Assembly: GCA_049999805.1 (NCBI GenBank)
Contig: JBNGIO010005069.1
Span: 1-53,951, forward strand
Direction of reading: 5' to 3'
Length of the DNA: 53,951 nucleotides
Origin: Folioceros fuciformis
Lineage: Eukaryota
The notes beneath the pieces were generated by a model. The model searched no databases and had not been told where the DNA came from. It saw only the letters and a list, made by a program, of their open reading frames with translations. Numbering within the stretch: the first letter of the stretch is position 1; each line of letters opens with the position of its first letter. A program made the translations under genes and the position numbers. Shown piece after piece: positions 1 to 12,508 of this stretch.

Positions 1-477
1 GCTGCAGGCTACCTAGCTAGCGCCCCTTTGGCTTTGGCTAGGACCCAACAGCGTTCTGTCTGTCCCGCAAGTGATTCAGCACAGTGTAGTCCATTTTGTT
101 GATTGCACTCATGCATTTCGATGAGCGCGATGAGGCTCCCGCCACCACCACCTACTCTTGCGAGCAGGCCCCCTTCAATTTGTAGAACGCAACATTCTTG
201 CTCCCAGCGCCCATAATTCCAGGCTCTCTGGCTACTATCCACAGTTCGTGCCCTTCTGCGACTCGGAGACCCTCCACCGTCTCCGCAGTACTCAACCAGT
301 AGGGATGCCATACCCACTTCACTTTGCTGTGCGCGGGTCATCCATGTCCGACTCGACACCGTGTCTTTAGGACAAGAGATCATGGCCTCAGCTAGGAGCG
401 ATCCAAATCCAACATCAGAGGACGAACGTGCAAAGAAACCAGACGGTGGAGTGGAGCATCAGTGGTCAACGCAGTCC

Positions 478-985
478 AAGCCGATTCTTCCACCGCCAAG
501 CCTGCCCTACCCTGCGCGAGGAGCTGCTAAGCAACAATCATTTATCTTGTCGGGGCTTGTCAAGTTGCTCCATTAGAATCCCAGCGTCAAGGAGACGGTA
601 CTGGTGGTCCCGGGCTATCGCAGATCTGCCCAGGAAGTGGATTTCGTATATGACGTCTTGGACGGAAAACATCTCCACATTGGCATTTTCTTTCTGTTTG
701 TACAGTGATTAGGCTGAGCATTTGACAGTGAGGAGTAGCAAAAAAGCTGGAGAGCCACTGCCCTTGACATGTGCGGACCCACACCATACGAGCGAGAACA
801 CTCTAGGCATGGGATTCTCTGGACGTATCTTATTCTTCTCGTTTGTGTCCTTTTCGTATCATATCATACGACTCGTTCTCGATCTCTCAACTTTTTTGGA
901 CCTAGTGACACACTTCGCATGATCAGACTCACATCGGGCGTCCTGAGACCTCCTGACCTGTGTCATATGTGCAGGTGATAAACAA
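478..985 (+). pseudogene. Degraded fragment of a lineage-B (CYP722-like) cytochrome P450: remnants of the I-helix exon, the AEH exon and the start of the EXXR exon
   Basis: GGCTTGTCAAGTTGCTCCATTAGAATCCCAGCGTCAAGGAG (~554-594) matches 18929-18969 of the intact paralogue. TAGGCTGAGCATTTG..AAGCTGGAGAGCCACTG (~710-760) matches 19105-19155. GTGCAGGTGATAAAC (~969-983) matches 19292-19306. Stops and deletions are present. Confidence 0.8.
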
Positions 986-3900
986 TGCAATTCTAGCCTT
1001 TTCTCTTTGTTTCTCTCTGTCTGGCGCCGCTGGCGGCATTGGCTGGTAAGTAAGGGAGTGTGAGGGCCGAGGCCTGCACACTCAAGGCTATGTGTGCTGC
1101 ACAGCTGGCTTCAAGCATGCCAAGCGGAAGTCCTAACAGCTGGCCAAGCCTATTAATTCTCCTCAAGCTTTTGCTCACCATCTACATACGTAGCTGTGAC
1201 ACAACTATGCCACCTGCAGATACCACATTCCTAAAGCAGGGAACCGAACCGTGTGCTTGACAGCCGCAAAGGGCTGCTGTCCATACAGTACATCCTAGTC
1301 CACAATGCTTCCAAGAATCGGAGACTTCGTTCTCCGGGATTCAGATTTCGGGAAATAACTTTTACTCGGAGGCTTAAAGCCATTTTCTATATTTTTCATT
1401 TCTCAAGACATTTTGCATTGGATCCTTGAAAGCATACAGTCATTTTGGATATAAAAAATAAAGGGATTTGTTTTCCGCGTAGATCCATCAAAACGGAAGT
1501 AACCACTCACAGCCTTACCCCTCATATTATAAAGAGATAGAAAATGATTTTTCCAAGCTATGATTCTTTATACATCACCTTTTAGTGTCCTTTTGGAGGC
1601 TAAAAGTCACCTTTTCAGAAAACAAGTCCTTTTTCATTGAAGTGTGGAGGCTGAGCTATCGGGGACCTGTCACTCAAAAAGAAGAAGATTCCTATTAGCG
1701 CCCACCAAGAATGGATCTCATCATCTGGAGTTGGTACTTAATAACTTGTATCCTAACTTGTTACTTGGCTTCATATTGTTTCATGGTATGCTGAACTTGG
1801 TTTCGAACTTGATATTTTATCATATGATATATCTTATTTTGTACTTGGCTTGATATTGTGTCATGGTAGACCTAACTACATGCTCCGTGGGGCAGCTTCA
1901 TATTGTATTATGGTACACCTAACTACATACTCTAGAGGGCATCTTATAGTCCATTTGGCCTAAGTCATTACAGACAAATCCAATCCCTCTTGCTTGGATG
2001 TAAACATTGACAATAAAAATCATTCTTACACTCATCTTCATAGCATAGCCATCCAACAACATTGTGAAAGTGGTGTTTGGCCGTGGCACGTGCAAGTGTC
2101 ATTCAAGCCTTCCACTTTTATGCCATTTGTACAAACTTGGGACTGATGGAGATGGGAGTGATGACGCTAAGTTTAGGTGCGACCTGATTGTACTGCAATA
2201 CCTTTATCAACCAAACCCCATCCTCACTTTTGTGCTTCTGAGTTGATCAACGGGGTGCCACTACCTCCTCCTGCCTACCGCCGTGCCGAGGAAGGGCCTT
2301 CTGGGAGGATCCAACTCTGAGAGCACTTCATGTGACTGCCCTCTTGCCCCAAACCCTGTTAAATATGCGATGATACGTGGATGGACGATTTTGGTTGTTG
2401 GTCGTGGAGTTCATGCTGTGTGTATGTCGAAGTGGGCTACCGGGATGATTTGGACACGATTTCGTGCAACCATCTGCTACGGATGTATTCTTGCCAAGTC
2501 CGACTGCAGGAAGCCAGGGTTGTGTTCAGCGTAGTGGTCGGACCACAGGAAGCNNNNNNNNNNGTCGGACCACAGGAAGCCAGGGTTGTGTTCAGCGTAG
2601 TGGTCGGACCGTATGCGTTCTTGCCATACAATCTGCACATGTCCACCATGTACACCGAACTTAGGACCTAGGACATTGTATCTTGATATGCGCAGGTGCA
2701 TTGTGAAGCCATACGGGCATGTACGTGTTTACAGCAGCCCTAGTGTAACAGCTTGAGCAAGGGAAGCAAACGTGGAAGTCGGGAGCAGATGCATGCTGGG
2801 TGCTGGCCAGTGTTGCTGGGCTGTAACTTCTAGTTGCTTGGTGGACATGGGCTCTCCAGAATTCCAAAGAATCCCTAGAATGCTCTCTGGAGTAACCTGA
2901 TCCCCAGCTCACGTCTTATTACCACGCATGCAAAGTTTCCAAACTAGAAATAATTCTTGCTACAGCTCGCACAAATCTTGCTAGCACCCGTACAAAGCTT
3001 TCAAAATCTAGGGCTGCCAAGGCTGTTTACTTTAGTTTGTCTCCCATCCTTATGCTATCCTTGAAAGCCATCGCGTCCTTGCATTCCAATTTGGGGAAAG
3101 GTGGCCTGCTCAACCGAACTTGGAAACTTAAATAACCCATATGACTAGCAGATTGTGGGTCACCGTGCTAGCTGTATAAACAACTCTCTGAGTTCCAATG
3201 CAGCATTTAATCACCGAAAACCAAGAGATTTGACCTCAGGGTGGACACGCGATGAGAACATCAAACTGATGTGTGTCGGAAAGGCATTGGATCCGCTCAA
3301 GGCATACGCCGCTCTCTCTCTACCACTCCTTTTCGTTAGCCTCCCCTTAAATAAACCCCATTAGAATTTGTTGGCGAATCGAAAGAGAGCATGCGCTGAC
3401 GACATGCAAGGAGTGGAGAACATCAAATCCTTTTTTAAAGAAGATGCATTCACGATATCACGTCGCAGCACTGCCGTACTCGACTTACAGCGGCATCGCT
3501 TACTCTTCCCGACGGGAGAGCTTTTGGCTCACATGATTATCACTAACCTTATCACTGCATTTCCTACAATCTGCCCCGCTGGAGAAGAGATGGTTGTGCA
3601 TCGAGACCTCGTGCGACCGGTGCGAACAACATGTGAGTGGCGAACCCTCAGGTGACGTTCTGTCTGTTCACGACATAATTCCTTGGCTTTGTCCCAAACG
3701 TCCTAAGTTCTCTGTTATGCGGCTAAGGTCTTCATGTTGACCAAACCACCCCAACCCCCCCCAGGTCAGCACATTCACTCGCTTTGAAAGGATGTGCGCA
3801 TCGGACATGTCCTGGCAGGCAACTGGCCACTGAGCAAGAGATTGTGCTGTTTGCCTATCCGTTTCTAACCACTATGTGCAAGTCGACCGTAAATGTCTAC

Positions 3901-5160
3901 TTTCCTTCCTACACAGGTTACCAGGCATCAATGTTTTCTTGGCGGAGGTCGACGTTGCTCATTGAGAACTCGTTTGGGCGGGCGTCCACCGACCAATTAG
4001 GCCAACTCGAATTTTTGTGATCTCAGCTGTTGCGGGGCTGACGTTGTTCGATAGAGCCATCGTTGTCTTCGATGGCTTTTCTTTTCCTAGGTTGGCAGTA
4101 TGATGTTGTCTGAGGTAGAGTCAGCGTGCTCAGTACTGAAAGATATGTGTTTGCCAATGCCGTTCCTCCGGTCTGTCCTACTGTAAGACCTAGTTGGTGA
4201 AGACTAAGCAGCGGCATCGACCGCTTGCCGCCTGTACGCCTGTTGGTGCCTTAAACCCTTTGTGGCTACCTAGGTAAGTGATGCAAATTCTAGGTTTGTT
4301 GTTCGATGGTGTGGTCAGGTCGCAATTTAAGCGTGGCTTGTCTGCAGATGCCTAAGTCTCCTTTTTCCGGGCTTGAAAGTGTTCTTTGCCAGTAGTGCGC
4401 GCTTCTTCTCCAGATAATCCGCTCCTGAAAAATTAGCAAATTGAACGGCACACCGTGAGAACTTGTTCTTCCACTATCCCGTTCAGTGCAGAAGGTGGAG
4501 AATGAGCGAACCCTAATCCTCGCTTCCCGCCGTGTGAGTGAGGAACTGAGGTGCTGTCCCCGCCATTCTGCGGTTGAGACGCTCTTGCCTAACGCTTTCT
4601 AGGGAAGTTCTTGACGGTGGGTGCCGACCACGCAATGCAAACCGCCGGTTGGTGAACGTTGGAAGAACTTCATGACTTGGGACGCTCCCATATTGCTTGT
4701 CGCTGCCTCCACATTTCCCTGTCTTCCATTAGGAAAGATCGGGAGTCGCCTTGACTGGCTAACTAGATGGCCAATCTCAAAACAAGCAAGATGATGAGAA
4801 TTGCTTATCAACAACGGGAGATATTCAAGATAAAACGATAAACGGGACAAAAGAGTAGGAATGATGTCACAAAGAAGATTTTGTTTTTCTTTTAAAAAAG
4901 CATATCGCAGTAAGAAAGAGTACCAAAGTTGACAACGAGATATCCGTTAGAAGAGAAAAGGTCTGATGGTTGCGGGGAATAGGCATCCAGAGCTTGATCT
5001 TTGTAGGTTCTGAAGTGTGTGCGCATCGAGCTGGCAGCGTTACTAAATCTGATGGTATCAGCCTGTCTGAGTAGTTGAAACTCTTCGACATCGCAAGCAT
5101 GTTTTTATGCTTACTAAAGTAGACCGCTCGTGTTGAGATGAACAGGGGGCAGAGGAGGGG

Positions 5161-7395
5161 ATGGATTGGATTTGGGGAGCGGATGTGTGGTTGGCTCTGT
5201 CCTTCGGTGTTGCATTCTTGTCCCTGGCCTGCATTTTCCTGTACTCGCAATCACTGAGCTCAGCGGCAAGCAGGAAGGGGTCGGCATTGCGTGGCAGATT
5301 CTGGCAGCTGCCTCTTGTGGGCGAGAGCATTGAATTTCTGACCGCGCTCACTCCAGAAGCTTTCTTGCTTCCTCGCATTACGCGGTATGGGATCGTTGCG
5401 AATGAGGTACCTGCGTTAAGTATGAATTTGTAGCTTGCTGAGCCTGCCATGTTCACGCACCTGATTCGGAAGCTGAAAGTGCGCAGGTACGGGCCTGTTT
5501 TCCGAACACACCTGCTTGGGAATCCTACCATTTGTGTCACCGACTCAGACGTAGTCAAATTTGTTACTCAGTCCTCCAAGCAATTCAAATCAGGCCATGG
5601 CAATCAGTCGGCTTCTCGCATCCTTGGGAAGCACGGCATTTCCCATGAGGAGGGGGAGACGCACGCCCTGTATCGTAGGCTGGTGCTGGCTCTTCTAACT
5701 CCCGAGGCTCTCAAAACATTCACCTCCAGGGTTGATGAAACCGCGCAATGGTGCCTGCAATCGCTGGTACCGTTTGAGTGGGATCCGTCTTCGTCTGTGG
5801 TGATCAATGTTTTCAACGAGGCCACAAGGGTAAGTGGTAAACTCAAGAACTGCAGTGCATTGATGGAAGGATTGTGCGGATTTGCCACCATTCCTTTCTT
5901 ACAGGGCGTACGAAGCTGATACGGGTTCTCTTTGGCCTGCGAAGTTCACCTTTGAGGTAGCGTTGCAAGTCACCTGTGACACTCGAACAGATAGAGCTGC
6001 CGCAGAAAGGCTCCATGCATGTTTTTCATTGCTGGCGAAAGGTGTGACCACTATGTTTCCTCTCAACATGCCAGGGACAGCATACAGACGGGCTTTGGAA
6101 GTACATAGCATCCCCAACTTGAACTTCTTTCTCTGTTAGGCTTCAAGCCGTGCGGCATATGGTGTCATTTTCTAATTTTTGCTTTGGATTCTTAGGGACG
6201 ACAACAAGTGGTCAGCTTGTTGAACGACATGATTGAAAAACGACGGGCAGAGGCGCCATCAGCACACGACGAAGACTTGATTGATAGTTTTCTTAAACTG
6301 AAGAACTTGGAGGACCACCAGATAACAGACAACGTCATATTTGTTCTGTTGGCCGGGTACGACGCCGTGGCAATAACGATATGTTGGGTGTTGAACTATC
6401 TTTGTTTGCATCCAGATGTCTTCCAGGCAGTCAAGGTAAGCAAAGTTTTCCATTACGCGTTTATGTGTACTCGCAGTTCCCAGCTCCACTTCCTCTCTGG
6501 ATCATCTGCAGGCCGAGAACGACGCGGTTGCAGGAAGACGCACATGTAAAGATGATGCTATCACGTGGGATGACCTACAGCAGCTGCTCCTGACCCGGCG
6601 TGTAAGTCTAAATGCACTTACGTACGTGGCCCTCTATTTGGGGCGTTGATGAGTGACAAGGTTAGTGCTTTCACAGGTGCTTGACGAGAGCTTGAGACTC
6701 AGTAATGTTGCACCATTTGCCGTGAGGGAGGTAACTGAGGATGTGGAGTACAAGGGTAAGTCATCCAGCTCCAAGGTCTCATGTCATGTGTCTGTTATGG
6801 GCTTACATACATGTATGACAGTCGATATGATGGTGAAGAGTCGATGTTGCAGGGTTGTTTTTCCCAAAAGGTTGGACAGTAATCCCCTGGTTCCGCTCTG
6901 CCCACCTCGACTCCAAAATTTTCCCGGATCCTTACAGATTTGATCCGGACCGGTTCAAGGTAAGATCAACCCCTTGAGCACTAGGCAAACTCTCGGAGAC
7001 CAGTTTGGTTCTTGAACTTGAAAGAGCATCATGTGGGTGGGGTTCCTGGATGCAGACGACGCCCAAGACCAACACGTACACACCTTTTGGAAATGGTTAC
7101 AGAGCATGCCCAGGGCGGGAGCTGGCCAAGCTGGACATTCTGGTATTTCTGCATCGCTTCATACAGTCGTATGAGTAAGTGGCTCGCCAAAGAAAAAGAA
7201 ACTCTTGGTGGCTGGGTTTGTTGGATGCAAGCCAACTCCACTTCTTAGGCTGACCACGCTTTGCCACGTTGTTTGGCTGATGCCTGTAGATTTGAGCCAA
7301 CGGTAGATCTCGAGGTACGGCCCAGAAAGATAGATTGGCTATTACCAAAACCTGCGGGAGGATTACCTCTCCGAATTCGAAGACGGCTGTCGTAA
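5161..7395 (+). CDS. Cytochrome P450, CYP85 clan (lineage A, CYP707/CYP88-like), 9 exons, apparently intact
   Basis: Exons 5161-5384, 5487-5829, 5945-6100, 6196-6435, 6512-6601, 6677-6755, 6853-6959, 7056-7174 and 7290-7395, all GT-AG and in frame. Motifs: N-terminal TM helix, LPLVGE, YGPVFRTHLLG, I-helix AGYDAV, ESLR, FDPDRF and heme FGNGYRACPG. Confidence 0.93.
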
Positions 7396-7535
7396 ATCAG
7401 CAAATTCCTAGTGACACAGGAGACATTACTGCTGCTGTGATCATACGTGCCAAGTTGCATGGCTCCATCGATTATGGGAGGGATGCCCTTGAAAAGCGCA
7501 TCCCTCGAGGTAGGGGTGTGATGAGATCACTGTAC

Positions 7536-9442
7536 ACTGAATCGGGTTGGGTCGAACTTGTACGGATCGGGATACCATTGCGAGTTGTGGTGAAACATTC
7601 TTGGCCAGACGAAGACTTGCCATCCCTTGGGTATCAACATCCCTGGATAAACGTAGCTACTATTATTCCGGCTGGTAAGGCAGCGGAAGGCATGCAGTGC
7701 TAGAACTCCAATTTCATAAACATGATGCAGTATGCCAAAATTGTCTGCCAATAACTAGTTACCTGCAGTTCGCACTCACCATTCAGCATAACGTCCTCAT
7801 GCGTTTCTTTAGAGCCGAAGGATGTAGGATTGTGTACTCTGAAGGTTTCGTTCACGAACTGCATTTCACACAGAACTTGGCGCTCCTGCTCTCAACAACA
7901 AATTATGACACAATTCAACGCCTCGATCGAAGTCTTACCCGCATGGTCACAGGCATGAGATGCAAATCGTCCCAAGTTAGGGGTTCGCTGGCAGAAACTT
8001 CGGCGCTTGCAATTGCATCCTGCTCCTCCTGCATACATCCGATAGTGTGCAATTAGCGATGATTGTCAGGTTGGACTGGTTGAGGAGCAGGATGATAAAT
8101 AAATCCGACAGCAGCTACCTACCAGGATTTCCTGGTACAGAGAAGGATAGAGACAGAAATTCCGGATGACGAGACTAACGGTTCCTGCCACAGTATCATG
8201 GGATGCGGGCCAGATACCGAGCATGTTATCTGCTATTTGACTTTTGCTCAGTTTCTGCGAATTCTTCTCCCAGGTGAGGAAGGCCTGAAGCAGGTCATCG
8301 CGCTCTACTGATCCCTTTTCCGCCTGCCTCTCGTCAATCACCTTTTCCAGCATTGCGATGATCTTGTCCCGTGCCTGCAGCTATACAGGTGACATAAATG
8401 GTTCATTGTTACTCAGCCATTGAGCAGGAATTCGATTGACGTACGACGTCGTGAGGTTTTCAAGAAGGAGACCCCTACAATCAAAGCTTTGCTGTACGTT
8501 ATCCCCGGAAGCCTGAGTGGGACGGCCATGAGCCCTGCTTCGAATTGGTGAAACAAAGCAAGCACGTCGCGCTTCTCTGCGGCTGTTAAAGTGTCGCAGG
8601 AGATTTTTAGGCCAACGCGGAAAGCGAAGTGCAGGGGCGGGGAGGATAACAGTCAAGCTGTGGCTCGGGGGTGAAAGCTCTGGAGATTGATGAAACGAAA
8701 TGGAATCCGAGACCAGGAGCTGCAGACAAGATGAGGATTTGGACAGGAGCTGACCGACCGTCTTTAGTTCCTCTAGGCACGAGATCACCTCAGCCGGCCC
8801 CCATTCCTCAAACAAGCCCCTGACAACGCTGCCCACCTGCGCAGGGAAATGTTTGAGAGCCTCTGGAAAGAGGGGAGCGTGGATGATTTTGCGAATCCTG
8901 GAGTGTTCTTCTCCCTCCACGTGGAAGATGGAATGCTCGCCAAAGAGCACTCGCTCCGGCGTGGGGAAAGCATTGGTGAACAATCTTGGAGACTGCAACA
9001 CGAACTTGACGGCCTCCACGGTGGTGACGCACACCGTGGGTCGACCCAGCAGGTGCGTCCTGAAAATCGGACCGTACCTGGAAGCCCAACAGCGCTCAAA
9101 TATACCACAGGGTACGGTCAGCCCCAGAATGCTGGCACCGTGAGGATAGCAGACACATACATTGCGAAGTTATTGTGCACTGGTGGTTGGGCCTGGGGCC
9201 TGGGTCCTCACTCACCGCTTTATCCGAGGCACGAGGAAGTCATCTGGATCGCCTGCGCGCAAGAATTCAATGGTGTCCCCTGCCAGCGGCAGCAGCCAGA
9301 AGCTGCCAGGAACTTGCGACGCGGCGCCGTTTCGGGCCGCATGTCGTTGCAGGGATCGGGAGAAGGCGAAGGTCCAGGCGAAGAGGAGCAGAGGGAGGCC
9401 CAATATGAGTGCCAACCACACTTCCTTTGCCTCTTTCAGCAT
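7536..9442 (-). pseudogene. Cytochrome P450, CYP85 clan (lineage A paralogue), 3'-truncated probable pseudogene
   Basis: Exons 9442-9216, 9077-8759, 8628-~8479, 8374-8123, 8028-7939, 7858-7780 and 7642-7536. Motifs: YGPIFRTHLLG, ASHDT, ETFR, FDPTRF. The exon-3 acceptor reads CAC rather than CAG. No FxxGxRxCxG exon is found before the convergent neighbour's stop at 7395. Confidence 0.82.
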
Positions 9443-9653
9443 GTTGGGCCTGCTCAAGGCAGTGGGACTCCCCACCGTCACCCTTCTGGAGAGCAGAGCC
9501 GGAGAGACAAACAATCCAACTTTGAAAATTCTTGTAGTCCAGGAAGTCCTCAAAAATGGCTCCTCTTCAATCCTTCTCAGTCACCACATGCGCCGGCAGC
9601 GCAGGATATGGGAAGAATGGCGGGCCCAATTTAGTTGAAACACTGCTGGATGG

Positions 9654-9910
9654 TGTCGGAGTCCGAGATGGGCAGAATTGTTGCACATCGAATTCACGAC
9701 NNNNNNNNNNTGTCGGAGTCCGAGATGGGCAGAATTGTTGCACATCGAATTCACGACGTCGGAGTCCGAGATGGGCAGAATTGTTGCACATCGAATTCAC
9801 GATGTCGGAGTCCGAGCTGGGCAGATTGGTTGCACACCGAATTCACGATGACAAAGAGTGCTCAGGACAGAGAGCGCGGAAAAGTGAATTGTTGCACCGC
9901 GAATTCACGA
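9654..9910. repeat. 46-bp tandem repeat (GTCGGAGTCCGAGATGGGCAGAATTGTTGCACATCGAATTCACGA), about 5 copies, spanning an assembly gap
   Basis: Units start at 9654, 9711, 9757 and 9803, followed by a degenerate copy. There is an N-run at 9701-9710. Confidence 0.9.
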
Positions 9911-10339
9911 TGAGAAAGAATGCGAGGGAAAGTTGACGGCACCCAACCTGCTGGAGAATGGGAGACTATACAAGTAGATATGACACAACGTGGGAGACAA
10001 GCGTGGGGAAATTGAAATAACAATTGGCTAGCATAGTTGTGGGTCATTGTGCTCATTGTATAATTAACTCTCTAGGCAATGCAATAATCACCTTAAACTA
10101 ATATCGGGTTAAAGTCGACTCTCTGAGCAACGCAATAAGGAAGAAAAATAAATATCGGGTCAAAGTCGACTCTCTAGGCAATGCAATAATCACCTTAAAC
10201 TAATGAGTAAGGAAAACAAATAACGGGCCAAAGCTGGCATGGAGTCCATAGTACATACATTATAAATTTTTGGAAAGATAATAGGCTGGCCAAAGGTTGA
10301 CATTGCTTACTTTGAATAACTCTTTTAAACGTGTCTCCC

Positions 10340-10690
10340 AAAAATAATCTTAAGTAGAATATTTCTTTGACCGAATCTCCCCACAAATAATCTCAAATAG
10401 GATACTCCTTTGAGTTTACACTACTTACTTTGCAGAACTCCTCTGAATAGGTCTCCCAGAAATAATTTGAAGCATGATACTCCTTTGAGTAGGTCTCCCC
10501 ACAAATAATATTAAGTAAGATACTCCTTTAAGCGGGTCTGCCCACAAATAATCTGAAGTAGAATACTTCTTTGAGAAGGTCTCCCCATAAATAATCTTAA
10601 GTGGGATACTCTTTTGAGTGGTCTCTCCACAAATAATCTTAAGTAGTATGTGTTGACGCACAAATAATCTTAAGTAGTATGTGTTGACGG
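10340..10690. repeat. Degenerate ~40-bp tandem repeat (TCTCCCCACAAATAATCTTAAGTAGNATACTCC)
   Basis: The AAATAATCTTAAGTAG core recurs about 9 times. Confidence 0.8.
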
Positions 10691-10720
10691 AATGACATTG
10701 CATTACTGCCTTACCTGACG

Positions 10721-11260
10721 GATAGAGGTATCACTAACTCTACGAATTCACATGATTATTTCTATACTTTCTTCAATCTACTCTGCTTGATGGATAGAGG
10801 TATCACTAACTATGGATTCACATCATTACCAGTACATTTCCTACAATCTGCTCTGCTAGAGGTATCACTAACTCTACGAATTCACATGATTATTCCTATA
10901 CTTTCTTCAATCTGCTCTGCTAGAGGTATCACTAACTCTACGAATTCACATGATTATTCCTATACTTTCTTCAATCTACTCTGTTTGATGGATAGAGGTA
11001 TCACTAACTCTATGGATTCAAAATCATTACCAGTACATTTCCTACAATCTGCTCTGCTGGAGGTATCACTAACTCTACGAATTCACATGATTATTCCTAT
11101 ACTTTCTTCAATCTGCTCTGCTAGAGGTATCACTAACTCTACGAATTCACATGATTATTCCTATACTTTCTTCAATCTACTCTGCTTGATGGATAGAGGT
11201 ATCACTAACTCTATGGATTCACATCATTACTAGTACATTTCCTACAATTGCTCTGCTAGA
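10721..11260. repeat. Higher-order tandem repeat: 8 monomers of 62-72 bp forming a ~200-bp super-unit
   Basis: AGAGGTATCACTAACT starts at 10724, 10796, 10858, 10922, 10994, 11059, 11123 and 11195 (spacings 72, 62, 64, 72, 65, 64, 72). Confidence 0.92.
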
Positions 11261-11449
11261 GAAGAGGATGTTGTTCATCGACATGTGCGAATGACAAGTG
11301 AGTAGCTAATCCTCAGAGAAAGTTGTTCATCGATTTGTGCTAATGACAATAAGTGACAAATTGCTCATTGACTTGCACAAATGACAAGTGAGTGGCAAAT
11401 TCTCAGAGAACATTGTTCATCGACCTATATGGATGACAAGTGAGTGGCG

Positions 11450-11565
11450 AATCATGCTTCAAATTATTTATGGGAGTATCATGCTTCAAATTATTTTGGG
11501 GAGTATCATGCTTCAAATTATTTCTAGGAGTATCGTGCTTCAAATTATTTTTGGGAGTATAATCT
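11450..11565. repeat. ~28-bp tandem repeat (GGAGTATCATGCTTCAAATTATTT), inverted relative to the 10340-10690 array
   Basis: Four copies. 11473-11496 is the exact reverse complement of 10460-10483. Confidence 0.85.
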
Positions 11566-12063
11566 TCTGGATGGCCTAGTCCCTACCTCAGCGTAGCTTC
11601 TCGGACTCCTCTTAGAGTTCGGCTATGGCATCCACTGATTTTGCTCAAAGCACTAAAACCTACTCTCCCAACTCTGTTATGCGTTGGTAGAGGGCCATGT
11701 TTTCCCCCTCTCTGGCTACGACATAGGAGGAGAGTTAGAAATGCCATGCGGAAGCATCTTGCATCAAGCAGATGCTTGTCTAAGAAGAATAAACAATCAA
11801 CTAAAGTTGAGGTTCATAGGTGGGCTTTTAAAGGGTTATGAAGGGTTGTGTCTAACCAAAGTGGTACAAAACCAACGGGGTCTGCTTTTTCTTCTAACTA
11901 GAAGAACCACATAAGTTCTTCTATCATTGTGGCCAGTATGCCATGGGCTGCATACAGCCCCTTCTGCCATGGCCCCATTGTAGAATCAACTGGAAGTCAG
12001 CAGCCATGCTTGTGAGAAGGACGTCTGGATCGCCCTTCGTATTACTTTGGGATCGATGATTCA

Positions 12064-12508
12064 AAATGGTCGATAGTGCAAGTAAAATGACGAGCCATAG
12101 AATTGTCTATATGCTCTTAACCATTGTGCAAAATACAAGGAACTTCTTTCGCATTCATCATTTCAAACACTTCCATAGCAAGAAGGGATAAGAGGCTGCA
12201 ATAAATACCGCTGCTCGCTTGCATTAAGATTTGCAACGCATTGTGTGTTTTTTTTCGCTATTAGTTGACCCACAATGGTATATTACCTTTCGCTTTATCA
12301 TTCTGGCTTTAGGATACCAGTTTTGTGGTTGTGTTAAGTTCGTTGCTTCATGTAGGAAAATGATTTTTCTCTTTTCATCAGTATCTGCACTTTGGTCTTT
12401 ATAATATTGTATAAAGATGGAGTATAAATATTCATTGCGTGAAAATTGGACAGGCAAATCAAGTTCTTTTGGCTCTCGACATGAGTCGATAGAATAACAC
12501 TCTTCCAA
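12064..12508 (-). pseudogene. SUV3: Fragment of a SUV3-type mitochondrial RNA helicase (N-terminal helicase region)
   Basis: Translation NLTQPQNWYPKARMIKRKVIYHCGSTNS[frameshift]THNALQILMQASSGIYCSLLSLLAMEVFEMMNAKEVPCILHNG*EH...HFTCT matches the SUV3 signature (WxPxARxxKRKIIYHxGPTNSGKT...GxYCSPLRLLAxEV...C.L.TGQE). A frameshift in an A-run and a TAA stop are present. Confidence 0.8.

Noticed and set aside
2506-2612. Direct repeat of about 40-50 bp around an N-run
   Set aside because: The duplicated sequence flanks a 10-N gap and is most likely a scaffolding overlap artefact.
8849-9634. 261-aa plus-strand ORF
   Set aside because: It is an antisense shadow of P450 exons 1-2.
10787-11233. 148-aa ORF with an internal 67-aa repeat
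   Set aside because: It is a translation of the tandem DNA array, not a supported protein.
9654-11260. Regularly spaced repeats resembling a CRISPR array
   Set aside because: The units are contiguous tandem copies with no unique spacers, the context is eukaryotic and no cas genes are present. The same applies to 37320-37872.
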